A stretch of DNA of 47,624 nucleotides from Patescibacteria group bacterium (GCA_019752815.1 JAIELQ010000005.1:1-47624); one strand, 5' to 3'; counted from the first letter of the stretch, positions 10,400-21,012 are shown. Notes: generated by a model not told the origin, from the letters alone. Program-made: numbers and translations.

Positions 10400-10738
10400 T
10401 TATTTCACAAAATTTTCTTCGATAAATTGGGTCATGCTGGAAAGAGCTGCGCTGTCTTTGTGAGGATGTTTTTGCTCAAGAACAACGTAATCAAAGGAAA
10501 TGACTATACTGAAATACTCACGTACTTCTCCTATGACTTCTTCGATCAACAGTACCATATAGGGGAGTGGCCTCTTTTTGGCGCCTTTCTTGTTGACATA
10601 AATGTGATGAAGTTGATTCAGACGCACGCCCTCACCAGCAAGTACCTCTTTGAGGCGAAGAGTCTCTTCACCCTTAGGTCCAAGTGCCTTCGCGCGACGT
10701 AAGGCATAATGGATGCTTTTAGTGGTCATCATTGGCAT
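10400..10738 (-). CDS. Hypothetical protein (orphan between dnaG and rpoD)
   Basis: 112-aa ORF with SD GGAG, an upstream TTGACT box and a downstream terminator. Confidence 0.65.
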   Translation of the reverse strand: MPMMTTKSIHYALRRAKALGPKGEETLRLKEVLAGEGVRLNQLHHIYVNKKGAKKRPLPYMVLLIEEVIGEVREYFSIVISFDYVVLEQKHPHKDSAALSSMTQFIEENFVK

Positions 10739-10891
10739 GGTGCTTTTCTCCAGCTCTAGTCGTTTACTGAGGCGTTTCTGTTAATGTTTATATAATAATG
10801 TAATACATTAGTCAATGAGTAGTATTTTTAGGGAAAACTACCCCGTAAACACTGGACATTTTCAAGTTTTTCTGTATAGTATCAGGTACCT

Positions 10892-12316
10892 ATGGCAGTC
10901 AAGAAAAAAGCCAATTCAAGCAGTAAAAAAGCGGTCAAAACCGTTAAAAAAGTCACAAAAAAACCGGTAGCAAAAAAGACTCCAAAGAAAGTCGTTGCAC
11001 CAAAAAAGATGGTAGTTAAAAAACCAGCGGCCAAGAAGGTAGTTAAAAAAGTTACTAAAAAAGCGACTCCTCACAAGGCAGTGGCTAAAAAAGTCGTATC
11101 AAAAAAACCAGCCAAGCAACCTGTAAAAAAAGTAGCGGTTAAGCAACCAGTTAAAAAAGTTGTCACCAAAACCAAATCAGCACCGGTAGTCAAAGAGGCT
11201 CCAAAAAAAGTTGTTCCAGAAGTTAAACTTAAATTAACCAAAAGTGAAAAGGTGTTGGAGCTTAAAGCAGCTGAACTCATGAAGCTTGGTCGTGAACGTG
11301 GGTATGTTACCTATGACGAACTTTTACGCTCATTTCCTGAAATTGAAAAAGACGTGATGTTCCTCGATGACCTGTACGAACGCTTTAGTGTGGCCGGTAT
11401 CGATGTGTTGAAGTCAGGTGGTATGTTGGGTGATGATCCGGCTGAAGAATTATTGGCTCAGAAAAATGCCTTCAAGCGTAACGACAGTAGTTACGACTCG
11501 ATTCAAATGTACCTCCGTGAAATCGGACAGTACCCACTCTTAAATGCACATGAAGAACGAGTGCTCGCCAAACGTATCGTTGATGGTGATGATGAAGCCC
11601 GCAACCTCCTTGCTCGGGCTAACCTCCGTCTCGTAGTTTCCATTGCGAAAAAATATGTTGGTCGTTCCCCTGACCTGACACTCCTCGACCTCATTCAAGA
11701 AGGGAACCTTGGACTCTTCAAAGCCGTTGATAAATTCGATTTTACCAAAGGCTTTAAATTTTCAACCTACGCTACCTGGTGGATTCGCCAAGCGATTACT
11801 CGGGCGCTCGCTGACCAGTCACGAACGATTCGTATTCCAGTGCACATGGTTGAAACGATGGCTAAATATAAACAGGTGTCACGCCGATTATCACAAGACC
11901 TTGGTCGTGATCCAATGCCAGAGGAAATTGCGACCGAAATGGGTGTTGAGGTAGAGAAAATTTACCAAATCGAAAAAATTAGTCAGGACACCATTTCGCT
12001 CGAACTACCAATTGGTGACGAAGACGATAACTCACGCTTATCTGACTTTATCGCTGACGATAAAATTACCGCACCCGACCAGGAAGTATCACACAGTATC
12101 TTAACTGATCAGATTACCGAGATTCTCGATACACTGTCTGAAAAAGAACGGAAAATTCTTGAGATGCGTCACGGGCTACTTGATGGTACGTATCATACGC
12201 TCGAAGAAGTAGGGAAGGAATTTGGCGTAACACGAGAACGTATTCGACAGATTGAGGCGAAGGCTCTCGAGAAGATACGTCAACACGAAAAAGCGAGACG
12301 TCTCAAGTCATACTAA
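10892..12316 (+). CDS. rpoD: Primary RNA polymerase sigma factor with Lys/Ala/Val/Pro-rich N-terminal extension
   Basis: [44 protein letters not shown]. Confidence 0.97.
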   Translation: MAVKKKANSSSKKAVKTVKKVTKKPVAKKTPKKVVAPKKMVVKKPAAKKVVKKVTKKATPHKAVAKKVVSKKPAKQPVKKVAVKQPVKKVVTKTKSAPVVKEAPKKVVPEVKLKLTKSEKVLELKAAELMKLGRERGYVTYDELLRSFPEIEKDVMFLDDLYERFSVAGIDVLKSGGMLGDDPAEELLAQKNAFKRNDSSYDSIQMYLREIGQYPLLNAHEERVLAKRIVDGDDEARNLLARANLRLVVSIAKKYVGRSPDLTLLDLIQEGNLGLFKAVDKFDFTKGFKFSTYATWWIRQAITRALADQSRTIRIPVHMVETMAKYKQVSRRLSQDLGRDPMPEEIATEMGVEVEKIYQIEKISQDTISLELPIGDEDDNSRLSDFIADDKITAPDQEVSHSILTDQITEILDTLSEKERKILEMRHGLLDGTYHTLEEVGKEFGVTRERIRQIEAKALEKIRQHEKARRLKSY

Positions 12317-12440
12317 GAGGAGCTTCCAAAACCCACGCATCTGCGGCGTTGTCACTTTCACTCAAGTCCTCACCGTACAAAAAGTACGGCTCGAACTTTC
12401 GCTCGGTGACACCTTGCATCTACCCACGTTTTGAAACCTC
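12317..12440 (-). repeat. Palindromic element family A, copy 2 (after rpoD stop)
   Basis: CATCTGCGGCGTTG...TCA-CCGTAC-AAAAA-GTACGG-CTC...CCTTGCATCT. Confidence 0.85.
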
Positions 12441-12463
12441 ATCGGAGACGGTGTAGTTCAGAA

Positions 12464-12494
12464 AAACAAAAACCGCCTCACGGGGCGGTTTTTG
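12464..12494. terminator. Intrinsic terminator of rpoD
   Basis: CAAAAACCGCC...GGCGGTTTTTG, same stem as the rpoC terminator. Confidence 0.8.
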
Positions 12495-12560
12495 ATTAAT
12501 TGTAAAAAAGAAAACCCCGGCGAACCGCTAGGGTTTCCGGAGTTGCTGAACCTGAAAAGA

Positions 12561-12755
12561 TCAGGTGAGCGTGGGGTAGTGCTTGTCGAGATCGGCGTCG
12601 ATTTCGGCGAGCAGAGCCTGTTCGGTTTCGGGACTGATGGGCGGCAGATTTGCCACGTCAGTCTCAAGAGTTTCTTCGTTCGCTTCGAACCGGTCGAACA
12701 AGTCACCCATCACGGTTGCGATTGCGTCAGAGGTTTCGGAATCAATCGTCTTCAT
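12561..12755 (-). CDS. Small acidic hypothetical protein (orphan)
   Basis: 64 aa. SD GGAG and promoter TTGACT-N17-TACTAT with TG extension. Confidence 0.65.
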   Translation of the reverse strand: MKTIDSETSDAIATVMGDLFDRFEANEETLETDVANLPPISPETEQALLAEIDADLDKHYPTLT

Positions 12756-12913
12756 TTTCTTGCTCCAAGTTGGTTATGCACTTTTACTATAGTAGCACAA
12801 ATAATTATAAAAGTCAATACAGTGTTATTGTAGATAAATTAATAGGTTAGAGCTATTCACTAAAAGAGTAATAAAGTGGTCGGTATTAGCTTGGGGTTTG
12901 TTACAATATCAAC

Positions 12914-13690
12914 ATGACGAACAAGTGGTTCTTTTTGTTGTTTATTTCTATCTATACGTTATGTACGGCACTGATTTTGGTGTGGGCCGATGCTTCGTTT
13001 TTGATCGTAACCGCACTGCTGTTTGGAGCACCGATTTTTGTGCTTTGGAATCGACTGCAGCTGAAATCCCATCTTGTGCCCTTGGTGGCCACCTTTACCT
13101 TGCTTACGACCGCCATTATTCAAATTTACGCTTATAAGAGTGGTTTGTGGTACGAACTGTCACCATTATCGTTTGCTGTGTTTGGCGGGGCACCCCTTGA
13201 AACCTACATCTTTTCGGTGCTTCATATTTTGTATTTGATACTCTTGTATGAGTACTTTTTTGACGACGGTACGAGCACAAAACGAACTAGTATTTCTCCG
13301 CGCGGACTAGGAATACTGGGTGTTATGTACGCATTGATTCTCGGTATTATTTACACTGACTCGACGATATTGGTGTCGTACCCGTTTGCGTTTTTGTTGG
13401 CGTTCATGAGTTCATTGTTTGCGGTGATGATACTAGTGCGCAAAAGTATGCCGCCACTAGCGTTGTTTAAAAAAGCGGGGTTGTTTGCTGTTGTCACGCT
13501 GCCACTGTCATTAATTTACGAATGGATACTCCTCGAAAACGGCATTCGCTTGTTTGCGAACGTAAACGAATATATTGGATATTTTGAATGGGACTATCAG
13601 GTGATCCCGGTTGAGCAGTTCCTCTTACTACTGATTGTACCGTTTGGGTTGGTGATGTTGTATGAAATGTATATTGACGACAGTCATTAG
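12914..13690 (+). CDS. Polytopic membrane protein, lycopene-cyclase-domain-like (two internal repeats)
   Basis: About 8 hydrophobic segments. Repeated GLWY...GAPLETY and GIRLF...VIPVEQF motifs. Confidence 0.55.
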   Translation: MTNKWFFLLFISIYTLCTALILVWADASFLIVTALLFGAPIFVLWNRLQLKSHLVPLVATFTLLTTAIIQIYAYKSGLWYELSPLSFAVFGGAPLETYIFSVLHILYLILLYEYFFDDGTSTKRTSISPRGLGILGVMYALILGIIYTDSTILVSYPFAFLLAFMSSLFAVMILVRKSMPPLALFKKAGLFAVVTLPLSLIYEWILLENGIRLFANVNEYIGYFEWDYQVIPVEQFLLLLIVPFGLVMLYEMYIDDSH

Positions 13691-13958
13691 AACTCCCAAA
13701 ACTGGTGAATGAAGAAACGAGTGAGAAATGCCAGGGCATTTCGCAAGAGGTTGCCAGCTATTTTGTAAAAATAGCGACAACCCGTACAGCTTCTGTAAGA
13801 AGTAGCGATTATTCTGAATTTATGTTGCTGGAAAATAAGGAGCTTGCGACTATATTTTCTGTATGCAGAGCCGAGATTTTTCCTCCTAAGGAAAATCGCT
13901 GGACCGCATTTCGTTGCTTTCTCACCCCTAGCACTGCACTCAGTTTTGGAAATTCTAA
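13687..13958. mobile_element. Composite MITE-like palindromic element (~270 bp)
   Basis: Terminal inverted repeats TTAGAACTCCCAAAACTG / CAGTTTTGGAAATTCTAA (16 of 18 match). Shares internal modules with the elements at 21101-21164 and 29496-29572. Confidence 0.65.
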
Positions 13959-13982
13959 AAAATTAAGAGGTCCGAGTACTGG

Positions 13983-16079
13983 TTATTTGTGACTACTGGC
14001 AGCGAGTTCGCCCTTGAGGATGATGGATAGTTTCGGGGTAATCAATTCGTTTTCAGTAACGTGTTCAAGTACGTGTTCGGCTACCTTGTGTACTGTTTGT
14101 TGGGCTAATTTTTGGGAAAGGGCATCAATAATCTGAACATTGTTATTGTAGATGGCCTGCATTTTTTGCTGGGATTGATTACGGAATTCTTCGTATAGTG
14201 ATTTGGTGTGATTAATTGCTTCGCTGGTAAATATACTGGCGTGATTGTTGCCTGAAAACGACTCTAATTCTTTGAGGACCTTGCGGGCAATAATCGTTTG
14301 CGCGCGGTAATACATGTAGTTATTTTGAATGTTTGTGAACACTGTCTCTTGACCGAGATATTTTTTAAAGAATGTAGCCATTCGCTCGAATACGTCTTTA
14401 CTGTCTGTATGAATCGACATATTTGAGTTTAGCTCACCGGCTGAGATAGACTCGTGTTGAAGTTGTAATTTACCGGTGAGTCGCTTGAATACCGCTTCGT
14501 TAACTTCGTCGTGATGATACAGTTCTTTGAGGTGACGTTTTTCAATACCAATGGCAAATAATCGTAATACTTGCACTGCAATCGCGTCTTTGGCACTCTT
14601 AGACAAGCTGTCTACCATGGCACATGATTCAGTAAATAATTTGGTATGCTCTAATTGCAGTGTGTGGGCCAGGTCTGCCTGAATGTAGCCGCGTTCTTTA
14701 TAGATTTCAAGCTTGTCCGACACTTCTTTGTGCATGAGTGCACGGGCCTCTTGGTACTCAATTTGTTCAATATCAGTCAGTCCATCAAGTTTAAGCTTGC
14801 GCATAAACCACTGCATAGTTGGAGCTTTGATAAAGAGTGTGGCTGCAATACATCCAATCGTGAGCGATAACAAGAAATCACGCACACTCATATCGAGCGC
14901 CCAATTCGTGAGAGTGAAATCAGCCGGGATGAGGAGTACCATTGTTACCGCGAGTGCGCCACGTAGTGATCCCCATGACAGAAGGTGTTGCCAGGAAAGG
15001 GGGACTCGTTCCTTGGCAGGGACGGTACGGTTAAAGATACCTACGAGCGGGTAAATAGAGATTGCCCGAGCCAAAGCCACTATAATGATAGTACAAAGTA
15101 CTACAAAAAACATTTGTGAGTTAAGTGTTGGGCCAGAAACAAACAGTACACCAATCAAAATAAAAATCAGTGAATTAGCAAAAAATGCTAATTGACCCCA
15201 GAGTTTTTCGACGAACTCTTCCGCGCGCGGATGAATTTTTGGTCGTCCGTAGTTGCCCAAGAGGAGGGCTGCAACTGTCGTCGCAATAATCGGTGAGAGC
15301 GGGAGGTGAGTGCCGGCGATTGCGAGGTGGTGTGACAAGATTTCTGCTAGAATAAAGGTAATGTGCGCGAGTACAACAGTCAGCGTAATGCTGGCAGTTT
15401 CATTTTCCCGGGTTAAACCAATGAGGTAGGAAAATACAACTCCACATAAAATTCCAAATAACACTCCGCCAATCATCATGGAACTAAAACTAATCACTCC
15501 GGCAATAACGGTGTCGTAGCCGTGGAAACCAAACTGGGCAATTTCGAGCAATACGAGGAAGAGCGCTACTGCAGTGGCATCATTAAACAGACTTTCACCC
15601 TCAAAAATAAGTGACAAACGGTTGGGTGCACCAAACTCTTTAAAAAGTGCAAGCACGGCTACTGGGTCGGTAGCTGAAATTAAAGCACCGAAAATTAACG
15701 GAATGATAAACGGCACTGACATTCCAAAAAATTGCAATAGGTAGAACAATGGTATCGCTATACAAATGGTAGAAATGAGCAATCCTACAATTGAGAGGAT
15801 TAAGACAATTGGCGTTTCCTCAACGAGTCGTCGTACATTAATATTGTAGGCTGATTCAAAAATCAGTGTTGGCAGCAAGAGAAAGAACAAAAGTTCTGGT
15901 GTGAGCTTGAATTCAGCAAAAAAGTGGAAACTCGGGATAGTAGCCAGCAAACCTAATCCCATCCCAATTATTACCAAAAAAACCGTATGCGGTAGCTTAA
16001 ACCGTTTTGCCCAGAAAATGGCGAGACTGGAGATTCCCAACATTGAAAAGATTGCGAGCGTGGCATTGGCGGTAAGCAT
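13983..16079 (-). CDS. CPA1-family Na+/H+ antiporter (NhaP-like) with cytoplasmic C-terminal domain
   Basis: LLPTLIFESA, ISATDPVAV, EGESLFND, LRGAL. Start set to ATG 16079. Confidence 0.92.
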   Translation of the reverse strand: MLTANATLAIFSMLGISSLAIFWAKRFKLPHTVFLVIIGMGLGLLATIPSFHFFAEFKLTPELLFFLLLPTLIFESAYNINVRRLVEETPIVLILSIVGLLISTICIAIPLFYLLQFFGMSVPFIIPLIFGALISATDPVAVLALFKEFGAPNRLSLIFEGESLFNDATAVALFLVLLEIAQFGFHGYDTVIAGVISFSSMMIGGVLFGILCGVVFSYLIGLTRENETASITLTVVLAHITFILAEILSHHLAIAGTHLPLSPIIATTVAALLLGNYGRPKIHPRAEEFVEKLWGQLAFFANSLIFILIGVLFVSGPTLNSQMFFVVLCTIIIVALARAISIYPLVGIFNRTVPAKERVPLSWQHLLSWGSLRGALAVTMVLLIPADFTLTNWALDMSVRDFLLSLTIGCIAATLFIKAPTMQWFMRKLKLDGLTDIEQIEYQEARALMHKEVSDKLEIYKERGYIQADLAHTLQLEHTKLFTESCAMVDSLSKSAKDAIAVQVLRLFAIGIEKRHLKELYHHDEVNEAVFKRLTGKLQLQHESISAGELNSNMSIHTDSKDVFERMATFFKKYLGQETVFTNIQNNYMYYRAQTIIARKVLKELESFSGNNHASIFTSEAINHTKSLYEEFRNQSQQKMQAIYNNNVQIIDALSQKLAQQTVHKVAEHVLEHVTENELITPKLSIILKGELAASSHK

Positions 16080-16253
16080 AAATAGATTACGAATTACATA
16101 ATAGGGTGCTACTATACTCCTGTTATATTTGCCTGGCAACCTCAGTCTATAAAAGTACAGATTCTAACCTAGATTTTGCCTGAGTCAGTAATTTGGAATC
16201 CTTTGGCTGCTGAGGGTGTTACGAGATAGGGCCTTAGTGGTATACTTCTCGAT

Positions 16254-19200
16254 ATGTCTCTACTGCAAGAAAAGAAGCAATTGCTTGCCAAATTCACCAC
16301 CGCCTACAATGCACTCAATACTGCTCAAAAAGAGGCAGTTGATACCATCGAAGGTCCGGTGATGGTAATTGCCGGTCCGGGAACCGGAAAGACGCAGATT
16401 TTGACGTTGCGCATCGCTAACATCTTAAAGGAAACACAGTCAAACCCAGAAAATGTTTTGGCACTGACGTTTACTAATTCTGGTGTCCGGGCAATGCGTG
16501 AACGTCTTAAGACATATATTGGGGATGATGCCTATCGGGTTGGTATCTATACCTTCCATTCATTTGCGGAACACATTCTCAAGAAATTTAGCTCATATTT
16601 TCCGTCAAGAGAATTTGCTTCAGTCATTACTGAACTAGAAAAAACAAAAATTATTGAGCACATTCTGTTGCAGCATGATTTTCAAAAAATTGTTTCTGCC
16701 TATGATAGATTCAGTTCATTAACACAAATTGTCGGGGCAGTTAATGATATTAAACAAGAAGGGTATACTCCAGCTGAATTTTTAGAGCTCATACCTGCGT
16801 GGGAAAAGACACAGATGGAGTCAGAAACCATGTTCTACAAACGGGCAACTGGAAAGTTTAAGGTTGGTGATATAAAACCGACCGAAAAGACAAAAGTGGA
16901 AGATAGGGTAGCCAAAGTGCACGAATTGGCTACCGTATTTTCAGCCTACCAACAAGAACTGACCAAACGTAATCTCTATGACTTTTCGGACATGATCCTG
17001 ACGGTACTGGGAGAGCTCGAAAAAAACGAAAATTTAAAATACGATCTCCAAGAGCAATTTCAGTACGTGCTCGTAGACGAACATCAAGATACCAATGACG
17101 GTCAGAATAAACTCATTGAATTTTTAACCGACGCCGAACATTTAAATGGTGCGCCAAACCTGTTTGTGGTAGGGGACGAAAAGCAGTCAATCTATCGGTT
17201 TCAAGGTGCGAGTGATCAAACGTTTTCTTATTTTAAAAATCACTACCGTGATGTGAAAGTGGTGAAGCTTGAGCAAAATTATCGCTCAACTACTCAGGTA
17301 CTGGATGGTGCACATAATCTCATTGTACATTCCTTGCCTGACGCAACTGAGTTGCATGGTAATTTAGCAGTCGACTATCCCGTTTCGGTAAAGGAGTTTT
17401 CCGACTATAAGTTTGAACTCCTCTTTTTAGTGAGGGATATTGAGATGAAGTTAAAAGCAGGAGTGCCAGCTGATGAGATTGCGATTATTTATCGTTCCAA
17501 TAAACATCTGCTTGAAATTAAAAATTTATTTCAACAGTTTAATATTCCCTATACCGTGTTGTCGCGCGACACCCTGCTTGACGATCCCGCTATTATCATG
17601 CTGGTTACCTGCATTAAAGTAATTGCCAATCCGTATGATAACGAAAGTCTCGCTCGGTTACTATTTGCTGATTTTTTAGGACTTGATTCACTCATGGCGG
17701 CGAATACATTACAAAGTTACCGCTTAATCAGTCGAGATAAGAATAATTCGCAAGCGCTGATTGATTACATTAAAACTGATGAAGAGTACCAGGCAGTCAT
17801 AGAAATGATTACTCATTTACATACCTATGCCGCTAACCATCTTTTCTCCGAAACATTTAAAGAAGTGCTTCATCGAAGTGGTTTTCTGACTTGGGTGCTA
17901 CAAAAAACTGATAGTAGAAGTGCGTTGCGAAAAGTAGAGGTTCTGTTTAACCAGGTGCGTCAGTTAGCAGAGCTGTCTCCAATGTATGGAATAAATGATT
18001 TTGTCGAGTTTGTCATGGCGTCACTAAAATACAATCTTAAAATTGAGGTAGCGGCTACGACAGTAGGTAAGGGTGTTCAATGTATGACCGCCCATAGCTC
18101 CAAAGGATTAGAATTTGAATCGGTGTATCTCATGAATACTACCCGCAGTAACTGGGAGAAGAGCCGAGGATTTTCCGGCATCACATTACCACTCAATCGA
18201 TACGCCGGTGAATTAGATGACGAACGTAGACTCTTTTATGTGGCGGTGACAAGAGCCAAAAAACATTTGGTGATTACTTCATCATCCCAAGATTGGGGTG
18301 GTAAATCACAAGAGCCAAGTCAGTTCATCAGCGAGCTAGGAGTCGACTCTTCAGAGGCATCACTCACCGAATCATTTGAAATTGAGAACGAAGCTGAATT
18401 AGTCCGATTCTTTTCTAACGAATCGCTCAAGGATTCGGTATTTACTGTAGATTACTTAGTTTCCAGATTCAAGGAAGAAAATTTGAGTGTTACTGCACTT
18501 AACAATTACATTGATTGTCCAATCAAATACCTTTTTCGAAACCTCATTCAGTTACCTGATGTATATACTCCTTCACTGCGATACGGAAATACGATACACC
18601 AGGCTCTCGAAAATTTCTTTATAGAATCAAAACAAGCAAAAAGTATTCTTCCGCGAGAGCGTTTACTCAATGAATATCAAGCAGCAATTGATGTCTCTGG
18701 TTTTTATGATGCTGAGTATGAACGCTTTTTACTCAAAGGGAAACAAGCCTTGGGAATGTATTACGATTATTACCACCATAACTGGAGTGTAAAAATTGAT
18801 ATCGAGGAATATATTAGAAGTTCTATTGAAGTACATGGTACATCCCTAACGCTTAGTGGAAAAATTGATAAAATTGAATATCTTGATGAAGAGGGGGTGG
18901 GGAGTGTGCGCGTTATTGACTACAAAACCGGTAAACCGTTTAGCAAAAAATCATCTAAATCACAAAAACAGGGGCTTGAGCGACAGATTAGGTTCTACCA
19001 TTTATTACTTCAAGGGTATAAAAATGGTGCCATCACCATACACGAAGCAGTGCTAGATTTTGTAGAGCCAATTGATGGTAAGGAGTTTGAACAAAAAACT
19101 CTGCAGGTAACAGAAGCAGATATCATTGAATTGAAGGGGGAAATTAGTACTATGACGGCAGAAATACTCAGTGGTGAATTTCTTACTAAAGGTTGCGGTA

Positions 19201-19259
19201 AAAAAGATTGTGAAGCCTGTCGATTTTGGGAAGTACTACATGCAAAAAACAAACAGTAA
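16254..19259 (+). CDS. UvrD/PcrA-family helicase fused to a C-terminal PD-(D/E)XK nuclease
   Basis: AGPGTGKT, VDEHQD, QSIYRFQGA, YVAVTRAK. C-terminal CP...IDKI...IDYKTG...C-x4-C-x2-C. Confidence 0.93.
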   Translation: MSLLQEKKQLLAKFTTAYNALNTAQKEAVDTIEGPVMVIAGPGTGKTQILTLRIANILKETQSNPENVLALTFTNSGVRAMRERLKTYIGDDAYRVGIYTFHSFAEHILKKFSSYFPSREFASVITELEKTKIIEHILLQHDFQKIVSAYDRFSSLTQIVGAVNDIKQEGYTPAEFLELIPAWEKTQMESETMFYKRATGKFKVGDIKPTEKTKVEDRVAKVHELATVFSAYQQELTKRNLYDFSDMILTVLGELEKNENLKYDLQEQFQYVLVDEHQDTNDGQNKLIEFLTDAEHLNGAPNLFVVGDEKQSIYRFQGASDQTFSYFKNHYRDVKVVKLEQNYRSTTQVLDGAHNLIVHSLPDATELHGNLAVDYPVSVKEFSDYKFELLFLVRDIEMKLKAGVPADEIAIIYRSNKHLLEIKNLFQQFNIPYTVLSRDTLLDDPAIIMLVTCIKVIANPYDNESLARLLFADFLGLDSLMAANTLQSYRLISRDKNNSQALIDYIKTDEEYQAVIEMITHLHTYAANHLFSETFKEVLHRSGFLTWVLQKTDSRSALRKVEVLFNQVRQLAELSPMYGINDFVEFVMASLKYNLKIEVAATTVGKGVQCMTAHSSKGLEFESVYLMNTTRSNWEKSRGFSGITLPLNRYAGELDDERRLFYVAVTRAKKHLVITSSSQDWGGKSQEPSQFISELGVDSSEASLTESFEIENEAELVRFFSNESLKDSVFTVDYLVSRFKEENLSVTALNNYIDCPIKYLFRNLIQLPDVYTPSLRYGNTIHQALENFFIESKQAKSILPRERLLNEYQAAIDVSGFYDAEYERFLLKGKQALGMYYDYYHHNWSVKIDIEEYIRSSIEVHGTSLTLSGKIDKIEYLDEEGVGSVRVIDYKTGKPFSKKSSKSQKQGLERQIRFYHLLLQGYKNGAITIHEAVLDFVEPIDGKEFEQKTLQVTEADIIELKGEISTMTAEILSGEFLTKGCGKKDCEACRFWEVLHAKNKQ

Positions 19260-19314
19260 ACTGCGACACTGTAAACTGTCGGGACCTTCCCGATAGATAA
19301 GTACATTTTGAGAA

Positions 19315-19348
19315 TTAAAAAACCACGTGCACGCACGTGGTTTTTTAA
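19315..19348. terminator. Bidirectional terminator
   Basis: TTAAAAAACCACGTGC-AC-GCACGTGGTTTTTTAA between convergent genes. Confidence 0.85.
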
Positions 19349-19363
19349 ATATTTAAGCGTGTT

Positions 19364-20095
19364 TTATGAGCCAGCCTGACCGTCAAGTTGGGCAACCAAA
19401 TTATCGATAATTTGTTTAACTACCGTGTATGGTTGTGCGCCATTGATGACTGCCTGTTGTCCGCCAACAGTCACAATCGAGTACGGGGTTCCTTGGGCGC
19501 CAGCAGCCACACCTTCGTTGATTGACTGGGCAACTTTATCTTTGAATTTGCCGCTATTTAGACATTCGTTGAACTTTGCTTTATCAGCACCAGCAGTTTC
19601 AGCAAATTCAGGTAGACGAGTCATGTTGGTAGGAGCGTTAATCTCTCGTTCATTGAAGATGAGATCAGAGAATTTCCAGTAGGCATCACCTCCAGCGAGT
19701 TCACCTACGCAGTAGGCCGCTTCTGAGATGCGTGGTGCATTTGGGTGAAGTTGTTCAAGGGGGAATTGGCGGTAAACCCATCCAACTTTTCCGGTTACTC
19801 CGTATTCTTCCATAATTTGATTCATGGTGTCGTGGAAGTTTTTACAGAATGGGCAATCATAGTCAGAATATTCGATAACTAAAATAGGAGCATTTGGGTT
19901 GCCGCGGATGTAGTCAGTGTCGTCAACTGGCCGGACGGTGGTTTCTTTCGTAGTTTCAGGAGCTGCATCTTTCGTGACGGCAGCTGGTTGGGTGTTGCCT
20001 GAGCCACTAAAGAAAATAGCCGCTGCAATCATCCCAAAGCCAATAACGATAGCTACGGGAATAGCAATAGATGGGGTTGTTGGTCGTGGTTCCAT
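19364..20095 (-). CDS. DsbA-family thiol-disulfide oxidoreductase, membrane anchored
   Basis: EYSDYDCPFC, GTP and GAQP motifs, N-terminal TM segment. Start set to ATG 20095. Confidence 0.92.
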   Translation of the reverse strand: MEPRPTTPSIAIPVAIVIGFGMIAAAIFFSGSGNTQPAAVTKDAAPETTKETTVRPVDDTDYIRGNPNAPILVIEYSDYDCPFCKNFHDTMNQIMEEYGVTGKVGWVYRQFPLEQLHPNAPRISEAAYCVGELAGGDAYWKFSDLIFNEREINAPTNMTRLPEFAETAGADKAKFNECLNSGKFKDKVAQSINEGVAAGAQGTPYSIVTVGGQQAVINGAQPYTVVKQIIDNLVAQLDGQAGS

Positions 20096-20202
20096 AAATA
20101 GTGAAATAGTAATAAGTAAATAAAATGGCGTAAAATCGCTCACACAATTATACACCATTGTACGAGTAGTGCGTATAATTGTGGTATACTTTTGGGGAAA
20201 TT

Positions 20203-21012
20203 ATGACTATTTTTGAGGCTATTATTCTTGGGCTCGTGCAGGGTGTAACAGAGTTTCTACCGATTTCGTCGTCGGGGCACCTCATTTTAATGCGCGATTT
20301 ACTTAATCTTGAAGTAGATGGAGCGCTTGCGTTTGATGCTGTCTTGCAACTAGCTACCGTATTGGCAGTAATATTGTATTTCCGTAATGATTTGTGGGTA
20401 TTAAGCCAAACAGCCCTTCGAAAGCTCGGACGCTTACCGGTTAATCAAAAAGACCTGACGTTACTCTATGCATTGCTGATTGGTACAGTCCCTGCAGTAG
20501 TTGTCGGTTTGTTTTTGGAGTCGACGATGGAGACATTGTTTAGGTCACCACTTTTGGTTGCGGGTGTGCTTGTTGTTGGTTCGTTTTTGTTTATTTACGC
20601 TGAGTGGGTTTACAGTAAAACTGTACCGCAAAATGAAATGACCATTAAAAAAGGTTTTCAGATCGGTTTGTTTCAGTGTCTGGCGTTAATCCCGGGAATG
20701 TCCAGATCAGGCGCTTCAATTGCCGGGGGTATGTTGCTCGGTCTCACTCGTGCCGAGGCGGCTCGCTTTTCGTTTCTCCTCGCGATTCCAATTCTCTTGG
20801 GTGCCGGTAGTAAAAAACTGATTGACTTGATTCAGATTGGGGGAGATGTGTCGTGGGGAGCACTTATTGTGGGGTCTCTTGTAGCATTTGGTACAGGATT
20901 GTTTGCTATTCATTTTTTACTACAGTTTGTAAGGCGGCATACCTTGTGGCCGTTTATTTGGTATCGGTTACTCCTCGCTTTATTCGTCGCCTACACCGTC
21001 CTTGTTGCTTAA
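20203..21012 (+). CDS. uppP: Undecaprenyl-diphosphate phosphatase (BacA)
   Basis: QGVTEFLPISSSGH and PGMSRSG. Start set to ATG 20203. Confidence 0.97.
   Translation: MTIFEAIILGLVQGVTEFLPISSSGHLILMRDLLNLEVDGALAFDAVLQLATVLAVILYFRNDLWVLSQTALRKLGRLPVNQKDLTLLYALLIGTVPAVVVGLFLESTMETLFRSPLLVAGVLVVGSFLFIYAEWVYSKTVPQNEMTIKKGFQIGLFQCLALIPGMSRSGASIAGGMLLGLTRAEAARFSFLLAIPILLGAGSKKLIDLIQIGGDVSWGALIVGSLVAFGTGLFAIHFLLQFVRRHTLWPFIWYRLLLALFVAYTVLVA

Noticed and set aside
10349-10702. Plus-strand 117-aa ORF between dnaG and rpoD
   Set aside because: It starts inside a terminator hairpin, and the opposite-strand ORF has the SD, promoter and terminator.
13705-13992. 95-aa ORF over the composite palindrome
   Set aside because: It lies almost entirely within the repeat element and has no initiation signal, so it is likely spurious.
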